A DNA stretch of 61,577 nucleotides, counting the filler. It is 8 parts of 8 records of this genome, joined end to end, with 100 filler letters (N's around TTAATTAATTAA, not from the genome) between each part and the next. Parts side by side here need not be neighbours in the genome. Positions count along the whole stretch, not along the records: positions 13,641 to 27,119 come from SRR31156797_40300; 7 more parts are not named here. One strand, written 5' to 3'. A program made the translations under genes and the position numbers. The notes beneath the pieces are model-generated. The model searched no databases and was not told the origin of the DNA. It saw nothing but the letters and a program-made list of their open reading frames with translations. This document shows positions 17,852-27,219 of the stretch, one piece after another (the first letter of the stretch is position 1; each line of letters opens with the position of its first letter).

Positions 17852-19093
17852 ATGATCGTCACCTGCCCGAATTGCGAGACCCGTTACAATCTGCCCGACG
17901 ACAAAGTTCCTGCGGGTGGAGCCAAGGTCAAATGCTCCAAGTGCGCGCAAGTGTTCAAGGCTGAACATCCTCCGGTAACACCTGAAGAGGAAGTAGAGGC
18001 CCTTCTCGAAGAAGAAGGGCAGGGTGGGGACACCCAGGCCGGAGACGAGTTCGACGAAACATTTGAAGATGTGGCCGCTGGCACTCCTCCTGAAGAGGAG
18101 GCCTCTGTAGATTCACCCGCAGACGAGCCGCAGGAAGAACCCGTTGTCGAGGACGAAGAGCCTCCCGCGCCAGATGCTGACCCCGCTGACGAAGTGGTGG
18201 AAGAGGATTTGCCGGATACTGACGACCTCTTTGATGATGCAGAAGAAGAGATGCCGGCCCCGGGCGAAGGAGCGACACCGTCTGCCCCGGAATCTGATGA
18301 TTTGGGTGACGATCTCTTTGCTGATATAGGCGAAGATGACGACGAGGACTCAAACGGGTTGTTCGAAGACGACGATGACGAATCGGATGATCTTTTCGCT
18401 GATGACGATGATGTTGATGACGAGGACGATGATGACGAGGATGACGAAGAGTCGGGCAGCGTCTTCGACGACTCTTTATCCATTGACGAAGTGCCTCAGA
18501 AAAAAGACGGCAAATCAATCGGTTGCCTGATTATCCTGTTGGTGCTCGCTCTCGGTTTGGGTGGAGCCATTTATTTCAAGGCATGGACATATATCGGTAT
18601 TGATTTGGGCGACATGCTCAAGAATGTCCCGTTTGTTGGACAGCTGTTCATGGAGGAGACCGGTGGCGATCAGGAAGCTGCTCCCGGCGAATCCCCGGCA
18701 GAGCGAGTCCGCAAGATCGAACTGAAAAATGTCAAACAGTATTATGTACCCAATGAGAAAGTGGGGAATCTGTTTGTTGTTGAAGGGAAGGCCATCAATA
18801 AGTTCTCCTCTCCCAAAGAGCGGATAAAGGTCGAAGTCATCCTGTACGATGAGACCAACAATGTTTTGACTTCGCAGGCATTTCTGTGCGGCAACGTGCT
18901 TTCACAGTTTCAACTTCAGGTTCAGACAAAAAAAGAAATTCAGGACGGGCTGTCCAGTGATGTTGGGATTCTGTCCAACAACACCTTTATCCGGCCTGAT
19001 GCATCGACACCGTTTATGGCTGTGTTTTTCGAACCGCCCGAGGGCGTGAAGGAGTTCATGGTCAAGGTCGTGGATGTTGGTGATCCTGAATAA
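17852..19093 (+). CDS. MJ0042-type zinc ribbon / DUF3426 membrane protein
   Basis: CPNCETRY...VKCSKC, long acidic linker, TM helix, C-terminal beta domain. Confidence 0.85.
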   Translation: MIVTCPNCETRYNLPDDKVPAGGAKVKCSKCAQVFKAEHPPVTPEEEVEALLEEEGQGGDTQAGDEFDETFEDVAAGTPPEEEASVDSPADEPQEEPVVEDEEPPAPDADPADEVVEEDLPDTDDLFDDAEEEMPAPGEGATPSAPESDDLGDDLFADIGEDDDEDSNGLFEDDDDESDDLFADDDDVDDEDDDDEDDEESGSVFDDSLSIDEVPQKKDGKSIGCLIILLVLALGLGGAIYFKAWTYIGIDLGDMLKNVPFVGQLFMEETGGDQEAAPGESPAERVRKIELKNVKQYYVPNEKVGNLFVVEGKAINKFSSPKERIKVEVILYDETNNVLTSQAFLCGNVLSQFQLQVQTKKEIQDGLSSDVGILSNNTFIRPDASTPFMAVFFEPPEGVKEFMVKVVDVGDPE

Positions 19094-19108
19094 AAAAAGA
19101 TGAAACTC

Positions 19109-19143
19109 AAGTGGGAGGGTGGAGACACTCTCCCACTTTTTTT
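19109..19143 (+). terminator. Intrinsic terminator
   Basis: AAGTGGGAGGGTG-GAGA-CACTCTCCCACTT followed by a T run. Confidence 0.85.
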
Positions 19144-19306
19144 GTGGGATAATTAAATCGTGTTTTTTTTGAACAACGGACGAAAAAAAGCTTGCAACCG
19201 CTTGCAAAGCATGCTTTTTTCTGGCCGGCGAAAAAGTGACAAATGAGTGGCTTTTTTGGAAATACCCATTGACGGCAATTGACGGCCTGTGCTACTTCTC
19301 CACCAC

Positions 19307-19324
19307 TTGTGAAGGATTGCACGA
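19307..19324. promoter_or_regulatory. Putative Rex operator upstream of the atp genes
   Basis: TTGTGAA-GGAT-TGCACGA matches TTGTGAA-N4-TTCACAA at 12 of 14 positions; rex lies just downstream. Confidence 0.7.
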
Positions 19325-19388
19325 ATTGCCGATTCCGTTTATGTATCCTAATTGGAATGGCTGACAACAATTTTCACGGGATGTGAAC

Positions 19389-19679
19389 ATGCTCTTTTCA
19401 AAAGACGATCGGTTGGTACGTATCACACAATTGGGTGGTACTGCCGGAACAATGGGATTACACATTGTATCGGCCATCATCGTCGGGCTCACTATCGGGT
19501 ACTTTCTGGATGATTATTTTGGAACCAAGCCCTGGTTGATAATGATCTTCTTCTTAGTAGGAGTCGTTTCCGGGTTTAAAATGGTTTTTGAAGATTTCAG
19601 AAAGCTCCAGAGGCGTGAAGAGGCAAAAAAAGCAAGTTCTTTGAAACAGGACGGAGAAAAAGGTGCTGGACGCGATTAA
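19389..19679 (+). CDS. atpZ: AtpZ/AtpI family ATP synthase accessory protein
   Basis: GYFLDDYFGTKPWLI motif, two TM helices, first gene of the atp cluster. Confidence 0.8.
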   Translation: MLFSKDDRLVRITQLGGTAGTMGLHIVSAIIVGLTIGYFLDDYFGTKPWLIMIFFLVGVVSGFKMVFEDFRKLQRREEAKKASSLKQDGEKGAGRD

Positions 19680-20076
19680 CCAAAGGCTTGAGCAATGGCT
19701 CGTCAAGAGCGGATTTCCTAAGCCGGACGTACGTATCGTTGTCCGCAATCAGATTTATGTGTCGCTGGGGACCTCTCTAGTGATCATGCTGGTAACACTT
19801 CTTTCCCGATGGTCTTTAGCCTATTCGGCGGGGGCGATAATCGCCTTGGTCAACTTCTGGACGCTTGCCCGCGTGACTCAGACGTTGGTGTACGACGAAA
19901 AGCGAGGACCGTTTTTACTGTTTATAATATTCATGGCAAAGATGACTCTAAGCGGGCTGGCCCTTTGGTGGCTGATAGGAGTCGAACGTGTTCCCCATTG
20001 GGGGTTGATTTGTGGCCTCGGGACCGTGGTGGTCAACATCACTGCAACCGGACTGCATCAGCTGGGGAAAAAATAG
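19663..20076 (+). CDS. atpI: ATP synthase subunit I
   Basis: Four TM helices; position between atpZ and atpB. Confidence 0.75.
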   Translation: MLDAINQRLEQWLVKSGFPKPDVRIVVRNQIYVSLGTSLVIMLVTLLSRWSLAYSAGAIIALVNFWTLARVTQTLVYDEKRGPFLLFIIFMAKMTLSGLALWWLIGVERVPHWGLICGLGTVVVNITATGLHQLGKK

Positions 20077-20097
20077 CCTAGTTGCTTATAAGGAGGC

Positions 20098-20826
20098 TTG
20101 GATATGGGTTTTGCAGGTGGATTGGCACATCCTCTCTTATATATGGATATGCTCAAAAGCATCGGCCATTGGGGCGCCAGCGTAGAACATTGGCTCGGCG
20201 TTGAAAGCATCAACCATGTTTTGTATATGTGGTTGGTCATGGCTATCATTCTTTCTCTCGGTCTGCTTGTCCGCAGCCGTTTGCAGTTGGTTCCCGGCGG
20301 TCTCCAGAATCTCTTTGAGACCATCTTCGGCGGTTTGGAAGACTTCGTCGTCTCCAACGTCGGCGAACAGGGCCGTCAGTTCATGCCGCTGCTGTGCACC
20401 ATTTTTATTTTCATTCTGGGCATGAACTGGATTGGTTTGATTCCAGGTTGTGATGCTCCGACCGCAAACATCAACACGCCTGCCGCCATGGCAATCATCG
20501 TGTTCTGTTTCTACCAATTCGTTGGTATGAAAAAATGGGGCTTTGGTTACATCAAGCATTTCATGGGTCCGGTTCCTGCACTGGCACCGCTCATGCTTAT
20601 TCTCGAGCCGGTTTCTCACCTCGCTCGTCCTCTTAGCCTGACACTTCGTCTCTTCGGTAATATCCGTGGTGAGGAAATTGTCCTGATCCTGATGTTCATG
20701 CTGGCTCCGCTCGTCGGTTCCTTGCCCATGTACTTCCTGTTCATTCTGGCTAAGACCATTCAGGCATTCATCTTCTTCATGCTGACGATGCTTTACCTGC
20801 AAGGTGCGACTGAGCACGCTCACTAA
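20098..20826 (+). CDS. atpB: F0 ATP synthase subunit a
   Basis: PTANINT, RPLSLTLRLFGN and IQAFIF motifs. Confidence 0.96.
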   Translation: MDMGFAGGLAHPLLYMDMLKSIGHWGASVEHWLGVESINHVLYMWLVMAIILSLGLLVRSRLQLVPGGLQNLFETIFGGLEDFVVSNVGEQGRQFMPLLCTIFIFILGMNWIGLIPGCDAPTANINTPAAMAIIVFCFYQFVGMKKWGFGYIKHFMGPVPALAPLMLILEPVSHLARPLSLTLRLFGNIRGEEIVLILMFMLAPLVGSLPMYFLFILAKTIQAFIFFMLTMLYLQGATEHAH

Positions 20827-20899
20827 GAGCCGCTCGACAAATTATGGGGAAATGGTCCTTGGACCAAAACATATTACGTAATCCATTTGGAGGATTAAA

Positions 20900-21205
20900 A
20901 TGAAAATCGCTAAAATTCTGTTCACCACCATGGCTATGGTTCTCGTTGCTTCCACTGCTTTCGCTGCTGGCGATCCTGCTGTCATGTCCGCTAAAGCATA
21001 CGCCACTGCCATCGGCATGGGCATCGCTGCCGGTCTCTGCGGCATCGGTCAGGGCATGGGCGTCAAGGGTTGCTGCGAAGGTATCGCTCGTAACCCCGAA
21101 GCTGGCGGACAGCTGTCCACCACTCTGATTCTTGGCCTGGCATTCATCGAGTCCCTGGCTATTTACGCCTTGGTTGTTAACCTGATCCTGCTCTTCGTCG
21201 TCTAG
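20900..21205 (+). CDS. atpE: F0 ATP synthase subunit c
   Basis: [26 protein letters not shown]. Confidence 0.96.
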   Translation: MKIAKILFTTMAMVLVASTAFAAGDPAVMSAKAYATAIGMGIAAGLCGIGQGMGVKGCCEGIARNPEAGGQLSTTLILGLAFIESLAIYALVVNLILLFVV

Positions 21206-21229
21206 TTTTAGATTTACGAAATGAATATT

Positions 21230-21254
21230 AAGGGAGGCTACGGCCTCCCTTTTT
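21230..21254 (+). terminator. Intrinsic terminator after atpE
   Basis: AAGGGAGGC-TACG-GCCTCCCTT-TTT. Confidence 0.85.
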
Positions 21255-21317
21255 CAGCTCTACTCTCATTCAGGATCACATGTCCGCCGCTATTTCAAGC
21301 GGTAAGAGACAGGAAAA

Positions 21318-21950
21318 ATGAAAAGCGAACATATCCCAAAAGCGACTATCGGCAGGTTGGCCGTCTATATTCAGGTTCTTGAGAACCTGTTGCGCGATGG
21401 CAATGAAGTTATCTCTTCCGAGAAACTGGCGCGTGCCTGTTCAGTCAACTCATCTCAAATCAGAAAAGACCTTGCCTATTTTGGCGAGTTCGGCGTGCGT
21501 GGCGTTGGGTACTACGTTCAAGAGCTGATTACTTCGATCAAGCAGTCGCTTGGTATTGACCGTCTGTGGAAATGCGCACTCATCGGTGTCGGCAATATGG
21601 GCAGCGCCCTCCTTCGTCATCACGATTTCGAGCGGCGTGGATTCAAGATCTGCGCGGCCTTTGACTGCGACCCTGACAAGATCGGGTTGGAGTTTGAAGG
21701 AATGGAAATCGTGTGTCCTACACATCTTAAGGAACAGGCTCCAGAGCTGAACCTTGAAATCGGTATTATTGCCACGCCCCCGGATCGTGCTCAGCGTGCA
21801 GCTAACCACCTTGTGGATGCTAATATTCGGGGAATTATCAATTTTGCGCCTTCACGTATCAACGTTCCTAAACATATTCCTGTTGAGTATGTTGATTTCT
21901 TTGATCATCTCTACGGAATTGCTTTCCAGATTACTCTTGGTAACGATTAG
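21318..21950 (+). CDS. rex: Redox-sensing transcriptional repressor Rex
   Basis: IPKATIGRL..Y, QIRKDLAYFGEFG.RGVGY, Rossmann GVGNMG, INFAP. Confidence 0.96.
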   Translation: MKSEHIPKATIGRLAVYIQVLENLLRDGNEVISSEKLARACSVNSSQIRKDLAYFGEFGVRGVGYYVQELITSIKQSLGIDRLWKCALIGVGNMGSALLRHHDFERRGFKICAAFDCDPDKIGLEFEGMEIVCPTHLKEQAPELNLEIGIIATPPDRAQRAANHLVDANIRGIINFAPSRINVPKHIPVEYVDFFDHLYGIAFQITLGND

Positions 21951-21990
21951 TTGATTCATTGAAGTTCACTAGCACATTTATGTGCGAGGA

Positions 21991-22032
21991 ACGTAAAAAC
22001 CCCCTGACATGTATATCAGGGGGTTTTTACGT
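21991..22032. terminator. Bidirectional terminator
   Basis: 17-bp perfect inverted repeat ACGTAAAAACCCCCTGA/TCAGGGGGTTTTTACGT between convergent genes. Confidence 0.85.
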
Positions 22033-22049
22033 GTTCGATCGTAGGGGAT

Positions 22050-22736
22050 TCAGGCTTTAAAGCGGTACCCAACTCCTCGAATGGTTTCTATCCACGAAGC
22101 ATAAGGCCCAAGCTTTTGGCGAAGTCGTCGGACGTGCGTATCGACAGTTCTGGAATACCCTTCGAAGTGCGTATCCCAGACCGTGTCGAGCAGATTGTCA
22201 CGTGTCTGGACTTTCCCTGCACCCGATATCAGCACGGTCAGGAGTTTGAATTCTGTGGCGGTGAGAGATGTCTCTTCTTCGTCGATGGAAATTTGGTGTG
22301 CCTCAAAATCAATTTTGAGTCCTTCTCGTTCCCAAAATTTCGGAGCGTTGGGTTCGGGTGCGCCGTATCGGCGAAGTATGGCCTTTATGCGTAAAACAAG
22401 TTCTCGTGGAGAGAACGGTTTAACGACATAGTCATCAGCTCCAAGTTCAAGTCCGACGATCTTATCGACCTCTTCCCCTTTAGCGGTGAGCATGATGACA
22501 GGAATACGAGCCAGCGCAGGGTCTCCTTTCAACTGGCGGCAGACTTCCAAACCGTCTGTGCCCGGCATCATGAGGTCGAGCAGGATAATATCAGGTTTGA
22601 ATGCTTGGGCGAGGTTGAGACCCAATTGCCCATCTTCTGCTGCTGCAACATCAAAACCCGCTGCTGATAGATTGTATTTGAGCAGTTCGCGAGTATCTCT
22701 GTGATCTTCGACCACCAAAACTTTCTGGGATGACAC
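22050..22736 (-). CDS. OmpR/PhoB family response regulator (PhoB-like)
   Basis: Receiver LLDLMMP and KPFS, winged helix RTVDTHVRRLR..ETIRGVGY; GTG start at 22736 after AAAGGAG. Confidence 0.92.
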   Translation of the reverse strand: MSSQKVLVVEDHRDTRELLKYNLSAAGFDVAAAEDGQLGLNLAQAFKPDIILLDLMMPGTDGLEVCRQLKGDPALARIPVIMLTAKGEEVDKIVGLELGADDYVVKPFSPRELVLRIKAILRRYGAPEPNAPKFWEREGLKIDFEAHQISIDEEETSLTATEFKLLTVLISGAGKVQTRDNLLDTVWDTHFEGYSRTVDTHVRRLRQKLGPYASWIETIRGVGYRFKA

Positions 22737-22783
22737 TGTTGGCTCCTTTCGGTGTAGTTCGGGTCTGCTATACCCTAAGCCGA

Positions 22784-22812
22784 TGCACATAAGTGTTACA
22801 TCTGAGCGACAA
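22784..22812 (-). promoter_or_regulatory. Pho-box-like 11-bp period direct repeats
   Basis: Minus strand TTGTCGC-TCAG-ATGTAAC-ACTT-ATGTGCA, with TATAGC 11 nt downstream. Confidence 0.45.
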
Positions 22813-22985
22813 TTTAGCAACTTGCAACGATTTGTGAAGTCGGGATTGATGGTCCTAGATCATATTAATATGATGTGGGCTAAATCTTTAATGAGGCAAG
22901 TACAACATATTGAATTGACGAAAGAAGATTTATTCCTTTTGTCCATAAAGCGGTTGGCAATCCGTGCCGATAGGATAAATAACGC

Positions 22986-23237
22986 ATGAGAAATCATAAG
23001 GACGATTGGAGCAAAAGAGTTATGTACTATCACGGATTCGACAAGAAATTTCCTTCAGGCAGTAAATATTGGACCATGTACGATGATCAACTCATTGGCA
23101 TGCTCTTTTCGAAGATAGTCAACAAGACCATGAGCGTTGAAACGCCGTCTGCTGATTCTGAAGAAATCGTGGACGAAATGGTTCAGAACTTATTCGATCT
23201 GTGTTTCTACATTAATAAGGATTTTCACGACTGTTAG
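22986..23237 (+). CDS. Small hypothetical protein
   Basis: 83 aa; AGGA upstream; followed by a terminator. Confidence 0.6.
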   Translation: MRNHKDDWSKRVMYYHGFDKKFPSGSKYWTMYDDQLIGMLFSKIVNKTMSVETPSADSEEIVDEMVQNLFDLCFYINKDFHDC

Positions 23238-23263
23238 TTGATTGTTTGATGTCATATCCATTT

Positions 23264-23296
23264 ATGAAAAAGCCCGGATTGTCCGGGCTTTTTCAT
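23264..23296. terminator. Bidirectional terminator
   Basis: ATGAAAAAGCCCGGA-TTG-TCCGGGCTTTTTCAT between convergent genes. Confidence 0.85.
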
Positions 23297-23298
23297 GT

Positions 23299-24297
23299 TT
23301 AATGACTCGTGAAGGCTTCAATGCGATCATGGACATTTTGTTTTATATTTTCATAAAACAGTGAGTAATCATAGAAGTGGTACACCCCTTTGGGGAATGA
23401 TTTCAGATCGATTGAAACCAATTTCATGTCAGCAGGTTGGACAACAAGGCCAGAGTCTTTGCCTTGGGCAGAGGTAAAGTGCGGGACTGTTGTCGTGGTC
23501 CCGTCATCATTGAAGAAGACAGAGCCGATGTTGCGGTCAGCGGGAACAGGTTCACCGTCGATAGTCCAACTGAGTGGGTTTGTGACGATTGCGCCGGAGC
23601 GGATGGTCGGTGCCACACTCTGTTTGCCGGGAGCGACTGAATTATAGGAAATGAAACAGCCTGTCTGGGTCGAGTCTTCACACATTTTGAGGGTGGGGTT
23701 GTTGATTAAATCATCCTTGGTGATGGACCAGCCTATGATGTAGGCGGCTACCAGTTTTTTTTCTATCCCAAGCTGACCCCAATGTTTGATGAGAAGTTCA
23801 ACCAGTATATCGGACCCCTGACTGTGCCCGGCCAGAATAAAGGGGCGACCCTGATTGAAGTTTTTCAAATAATAGGTGAACGCCTGCCAAACATCTTCCA
23901 TTCCATAGCTGATCAGGTTTTCGACATCTTTTTGCGGGAGCGAGAGGGCTGCCATGTTCATTTGGCGGTAAAGTGGGGCGTACAGGTTAGCCTGATTTGA
24001 GAAGACACTCGCCTGTGTTGTCAGTGAAGTTGCGGCGGCCTTTTGCAACTGTGTGTTGTCCGGCGGCATAAGCCAATGGGTATCGTCATGGAGAATCGTC
24101 GGATAAACCCAGAAGATATCCACGGGGTGCGTGTTTGGGGTTTCCGGGAGTGAGAGCCAACTTGCATGTTCGGTATAGTCAGGTGCAGCCGGTACATTTT
24201 GGGCGGAGAAGGGCGGCAATTGCGCCCCGGCCAGAGCGTGTGAGGCGAGCAGGAGTAGCGTCAGGACTACGCTAATGAGTGTGGCAAGTCGGCGCAT
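23299..24297 (-). CDS. DUF3089 family exported alpha/beta hydrolase
   Basis: Signal peptide; DIFWVYPT, APLYRQ, GRPFILAGHSQG and YHFYDY motifs. Confidence 0.85.
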   Translation of the reverse strand: MRRLATLISVVLTLLLLASHALAGAQLPPFSAQNVPAAPDYTEHASWLSLPETPNTHPVDIFWVYPTILHDDTHWLMPPDNTQLQKAAATSLTTQASVFSNQANLYAPLYRQMNMAALSLPQKDVENLISYGMEDVWQAFTYYLKNFNQGRPFILAGHSQGSDILVELLIKHWGQLGIEKKLVAAYIIGWSITKDDLINNPTLKMCEDSTQTGCFISYNSVAPGKQSVAPTIRSGAIVTNPLSWTIDGEPVPADRNIGSVFFNDDGTTTTVPHFTSAQGKDSGLVVQPADMKLVSIDLKSFPKGVYHFYDYSLFYENIKQNVHDRIEAFTSH

Positions 24298-24299
24298 GT

Positions 24300-25463
24300 T
24301 TAGTCCTCTAAACAGAGTTTAACGGCTTCGATGACATCTGCGACATCGTCGTCGGTCAATTTGGCTGACAGTGGAAGGCTGACGGTTTGGCGTCCGAGGG
24401 CAACGGCATGCGGAGTGTCTTCCAGCTTCCACCCGTAGTGTTCGCGGTAATAAGGATGCTCGGGAACAGCCAAATAATGAACGCCTGTACCAATATTTTG
24501 CCGTGTCATTCGCATGATGAATTCGTCACGGTCAATGCCACAGGGGACCGGGTCCAGCATCAGTGTGTACAAATGACGTGCATGGCGGGTGTTTGGTTCT
24601 TCGGGGGCGGGTTGACCAACAGTCAATGGCTTGAACGCCTCTTGATACATATCCCAAATTTCGCAACGGCGGATGAAGTTTTCCTCGATCCGTTTCAGTT
24701 GATGGATGCCAATTGCTGCTTGAATGTCCATCATGTTGTATTTGAATCCGGCGTGTATCACTTCGTAGTGCTTGTACCCGTCATCGGAAAAACGCTTCCA
24801 GGCATCAGCGGACATACCGTGCAGGCCGAGCACCTTGACGTTTTGAATGTCTTCTTCAGTGCGGGCCATGACCATGCCGCCTTCACCCGTGCAGACATTC
24901 TTGGTCACGTAAAAGGAAAAACAACCGAAGTCTCCGAAGGTTCCGGCGTGTTGCCCCTTGTATGTCGTTTCAATGGCGTGCGCGCAGTCTTCGACTACTT
25001 TGAGGTCAAATTCTTCAGCAAGAGCCATGATGGGGTCCATGTCGCAGGAGCGTCCCGCAAAATGAACAGGCAGAATTGCACGGGTGCGGCTCGTTATTTT
25101 TTCACGAATACATTCTGGGTCGATATTCATTGTTCTGGGGTTGATGTCCGCCAAAACAGGTGTACACCCGGCATGAATAATGGCGTTGACCGAGGCACAA
25201 AAAGTGAGAGGGGTGGTAATGACTTCATCGCCGGGCTTGAGGCCGAGAGCGACCAGACTCAGGTGAAGCGCAGCCGTGCAGGAGTTGCATGCCGCAGCGT
25301 GGCCTGATCCAAGATAGGAGGAAAAATCCTTCTCAAAACGGGCTACTTTGGGGCCGGTTCCAAGCCAGCCGGATTTCATGGAATCAACGACTTCATCAAT
25401 TTCGGCCTGCTCAATACGAGGTGCACCGAATACCAGGAAATTATCTTTTGAACGAACGGGCAT
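24300..25463 (-). CDS. DegT/DnrJ/EryC1/StrS aminotransferase
   Basis: NSCTAAL, EDCAHA and SFYVTKN..GEGG motifs; start at 25463 after AAGGAG. Confidence 0.93.
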   Translation of the reverse strand: MPVRSKDNFLVFGAPRIEQAEIDEVVDSMKSGWLGTGPKVARFEKDFSSYLGSGHAAACNSCTAALHLSLVALGLKPGDEVITTPLTFCASVNAIIHAGCTPVLADINPRTMNIDPECIREKITSRTRAILPVHFAGRSCDMDPIMALAEEFDLKVVEDCAHAIETTYKGQHAGTFGDFGCFSFYVTKNVCTGEGGMVMARTEEDIQNVKVLGLHGMSADAWKRFSDDGYKHYEVIHAGFKYNMMDIQAAIGIHQLKRIEENFIRRCEIWDMYQEAFKPLTVGQPAPEEPNTRHARHLYTLMLDPVPCGIDRDEFIMRMTRQNIGTGVHYLAVPEHPYYREHYGWKLEDTPHAVALGRQTVSLPLSAKLTDDDVADVIEAVKLCLED

Positions 25464-25736
25464 GTTCGCATTCTCCTTATATAGAGTTTGTATTGAGGGG
25501 AGAAATATCAGATATCGGACGGGGGGTAAATGCACGCATGCTGACTCAGATTTGCGGAGTAAAGGAAGTCACTCATTTGGCAAAATGGAGCTTTTGACCC
25601 AGAAGAGTATGGTCTTCATATGTCAATTCCGTAAATCGATGTGCCTGAGAGTTGCGCTTTGGCTTTGCATTCGCTATGTAACCAACCCGGCCCAATCCCG
25701 GGTCGGATACGTAAGTTCTGATATGAGGTACCGCAA

Positions 25737-26111
25737 ATGATCAGACCAGATTTCGAAAAAATGGACGGAATGATCCCGGCCATTGCACAGGACGCCGAGA
25801 CCGGCGAAGTCCTGATGATGGCCTATATGAATGAAGAAGCATGGGATAAAACCCTGGAAACCGGTGAGGCTCATTATTGGAGCCGCAGCCGTAAGACGCT
25901 ATGGCATAAGGGCGGTACCTCGGGCCATACACAGAAGGTGAAGTCTATCCGCATCGATTGCGACGACGACACCTTGGTGCTTCTCATCGACCAGATCGGC
26001 GGTGCGGCCTGTCACTTGGGCTACCGCTCCTGCTTTTTCCGTGAACTCAAAGACGGCGAAGTTAAAAAATGCTCCCCCGTCGTTTTCGACCCCAAAGAGG
26101 TATATAAATAA
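25737..26111 (+). CDS. hisI: Phosphoribosyl-AMP cyclohydrolase
   Basis: YWSRSR..LWHKG.TSG, DCDDD and [10 protein letters not shown] motifs. Confidence 0.96.
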   Translation: MIRPDFEKMDGMIPAIAQDAETGEVLMMAYMNEEAWDKTLETGEAHYWSRSRKTLWHKGGTSGHTQKVKSIRIDCDDDTLVLLIDQIGGAACHLGYRSCFFRELKDGEVKKCSPVVFDPKEVYK

Positions 26112-26989
26112 TGTCTGATCAATTTCTCCGACTCGGTGTTCCCAAAGGCTCCCTGCAAGATGCAACTTTGAAGCTGTTCAAGAAAGCCGGTTGGAATATC
26201 AAGCTGCATGACCGTAATTATTTCCCGGACATCGATGATGATCGTATCAAGTGCTCGCTTGCTCGTGCACAAGAAATGTCCATGTATGTCGAGAATGGTA
26301 CTTTTGATGTTGGTTTGACCGGCATGGATTGGATCAAGGAAAACAAGTCCGACGTGGTTGTTGTGGATGACTTGATTTATTCCAAGGTCTCCAACCGTAA
26401 GGCCCGTTGGGTATTGTGCGTTAAGGGTGATTCTCCGTACAAACGTCCTGAAGATTTGAATGGCAAAAAGATTTCCACGGAGCTGGTTGGCTTCACAAAG
26501 GAATATTTTGCTTCTCAGAATATTGATGTGGATGTTTCTTTTTCCTGGGGCACTACCGAGGCCAAAGTCGTTGAAGATTTGTGCGACGGTATTGTCGAGA
26601 TCACTGAGACCGGTACGACTATCAAGGCGAATGGATTGCGTATCATCGCTGAGTTGATGCAGACCAATACACAGCTCATTGCGAACAAGGAAGCATGGGA
26701 AGATCCCAAGAAACGCAAGCTCATCAAGGAGATCAACCTGTTGTTGCAGGGTGCGCTCAAGGCTGAGAAAATGGTCGGCCTCAAGATGAACCTGCCTAAA
26801 GACAAGTTGGCTGATTTGAACGGTTCGTTGCCGTCTCTCAACTCTCCCACAGTGGCTGAGTTGCAGGATCCCAATTGGTTGTCTGTTGAAATTATGGTCG
26901 AAGAACAGGTTGTTCGCGATTTGATCCCCCGCCTCGTCGAGTTTGGAGCGGAGGGGATTATTGAATATCCTTTGAATAAGGTTATTTAA
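26111..26989 (+). CDS. hisG: ATP phosphoribosyltransferase (long form)
   Basis: PKGSL, GLTGMDW and TETGTTIKANGL motifs plus C-terminal regulatory domain. Confidence 0.95.
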   Translation: MSDQFLRLGVPKGSLQDATLKLFKKAGWNIKLHDRNYFPDIDDDRIKCSLARAQEMSMYVENGTFDVGLTGMDWIKENKSDVVVVDDLIYSKVSNRKARWVLCVKGDSPYKRPEDLNGKKISTELVGFTKEYFASQNIDVDVSFSWGTTEAKVVEDLCDGIVEITETGTTIKANGLRIIAELMQTNTQLIANKEAWEDPKKRKLIKEINLLLQGALKAEKMVGLKMNLPKDKLADLNGSLPSLNSPTVAELQDPNWLSVEIMVEEQVVRDLIPRLVEFGAEGIIEYPLNKVI

Positions 26990-27020
26990 CGATAGATTTC
27001 GTTTTTTAAAATAAGAATGG

Positions 27021-27059
27021 AAATGCCGGAAGAAGCGCTGCTTCTTCCGGCATTTTTTT
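27021..27059 (+). terminator. Intrinsic terminator after hisG
   Basis: AAATGCCGGAAGAAGC-GCT-GCTTCTTCCGGCATTT followed by a T run. Confidence 0.9.
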
Positions 27060-27119
27060 GTTTGCGTGCTTTCGTAATAAGGAAAGAGAAAAGAGGGACT
27101 TCGTTTTTTGGTGGGCGTT

Positions 27120-27219
27120 NNNNNNNNNNNNNNNNNNNNNNNNNNNNNNNNNNNNNNNNNNNNTTAATTAATTAANNNNNNNNNNNNNNNNNNNNNNNNN
27201 NNNNNNNNNNNNNNNNNNN
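27120..27219. other. Artificial contig spacer
   Basis: N44-TTAATTAATTAA-N44. Confidence 0.99.

Noticed and set aside
17884-18518. Ser-rich and His/Arg-rich minus-strand ORFs
   Set aside because: Antisense reading of the Asp/Glu-rich linker of the DUF3426 gene.
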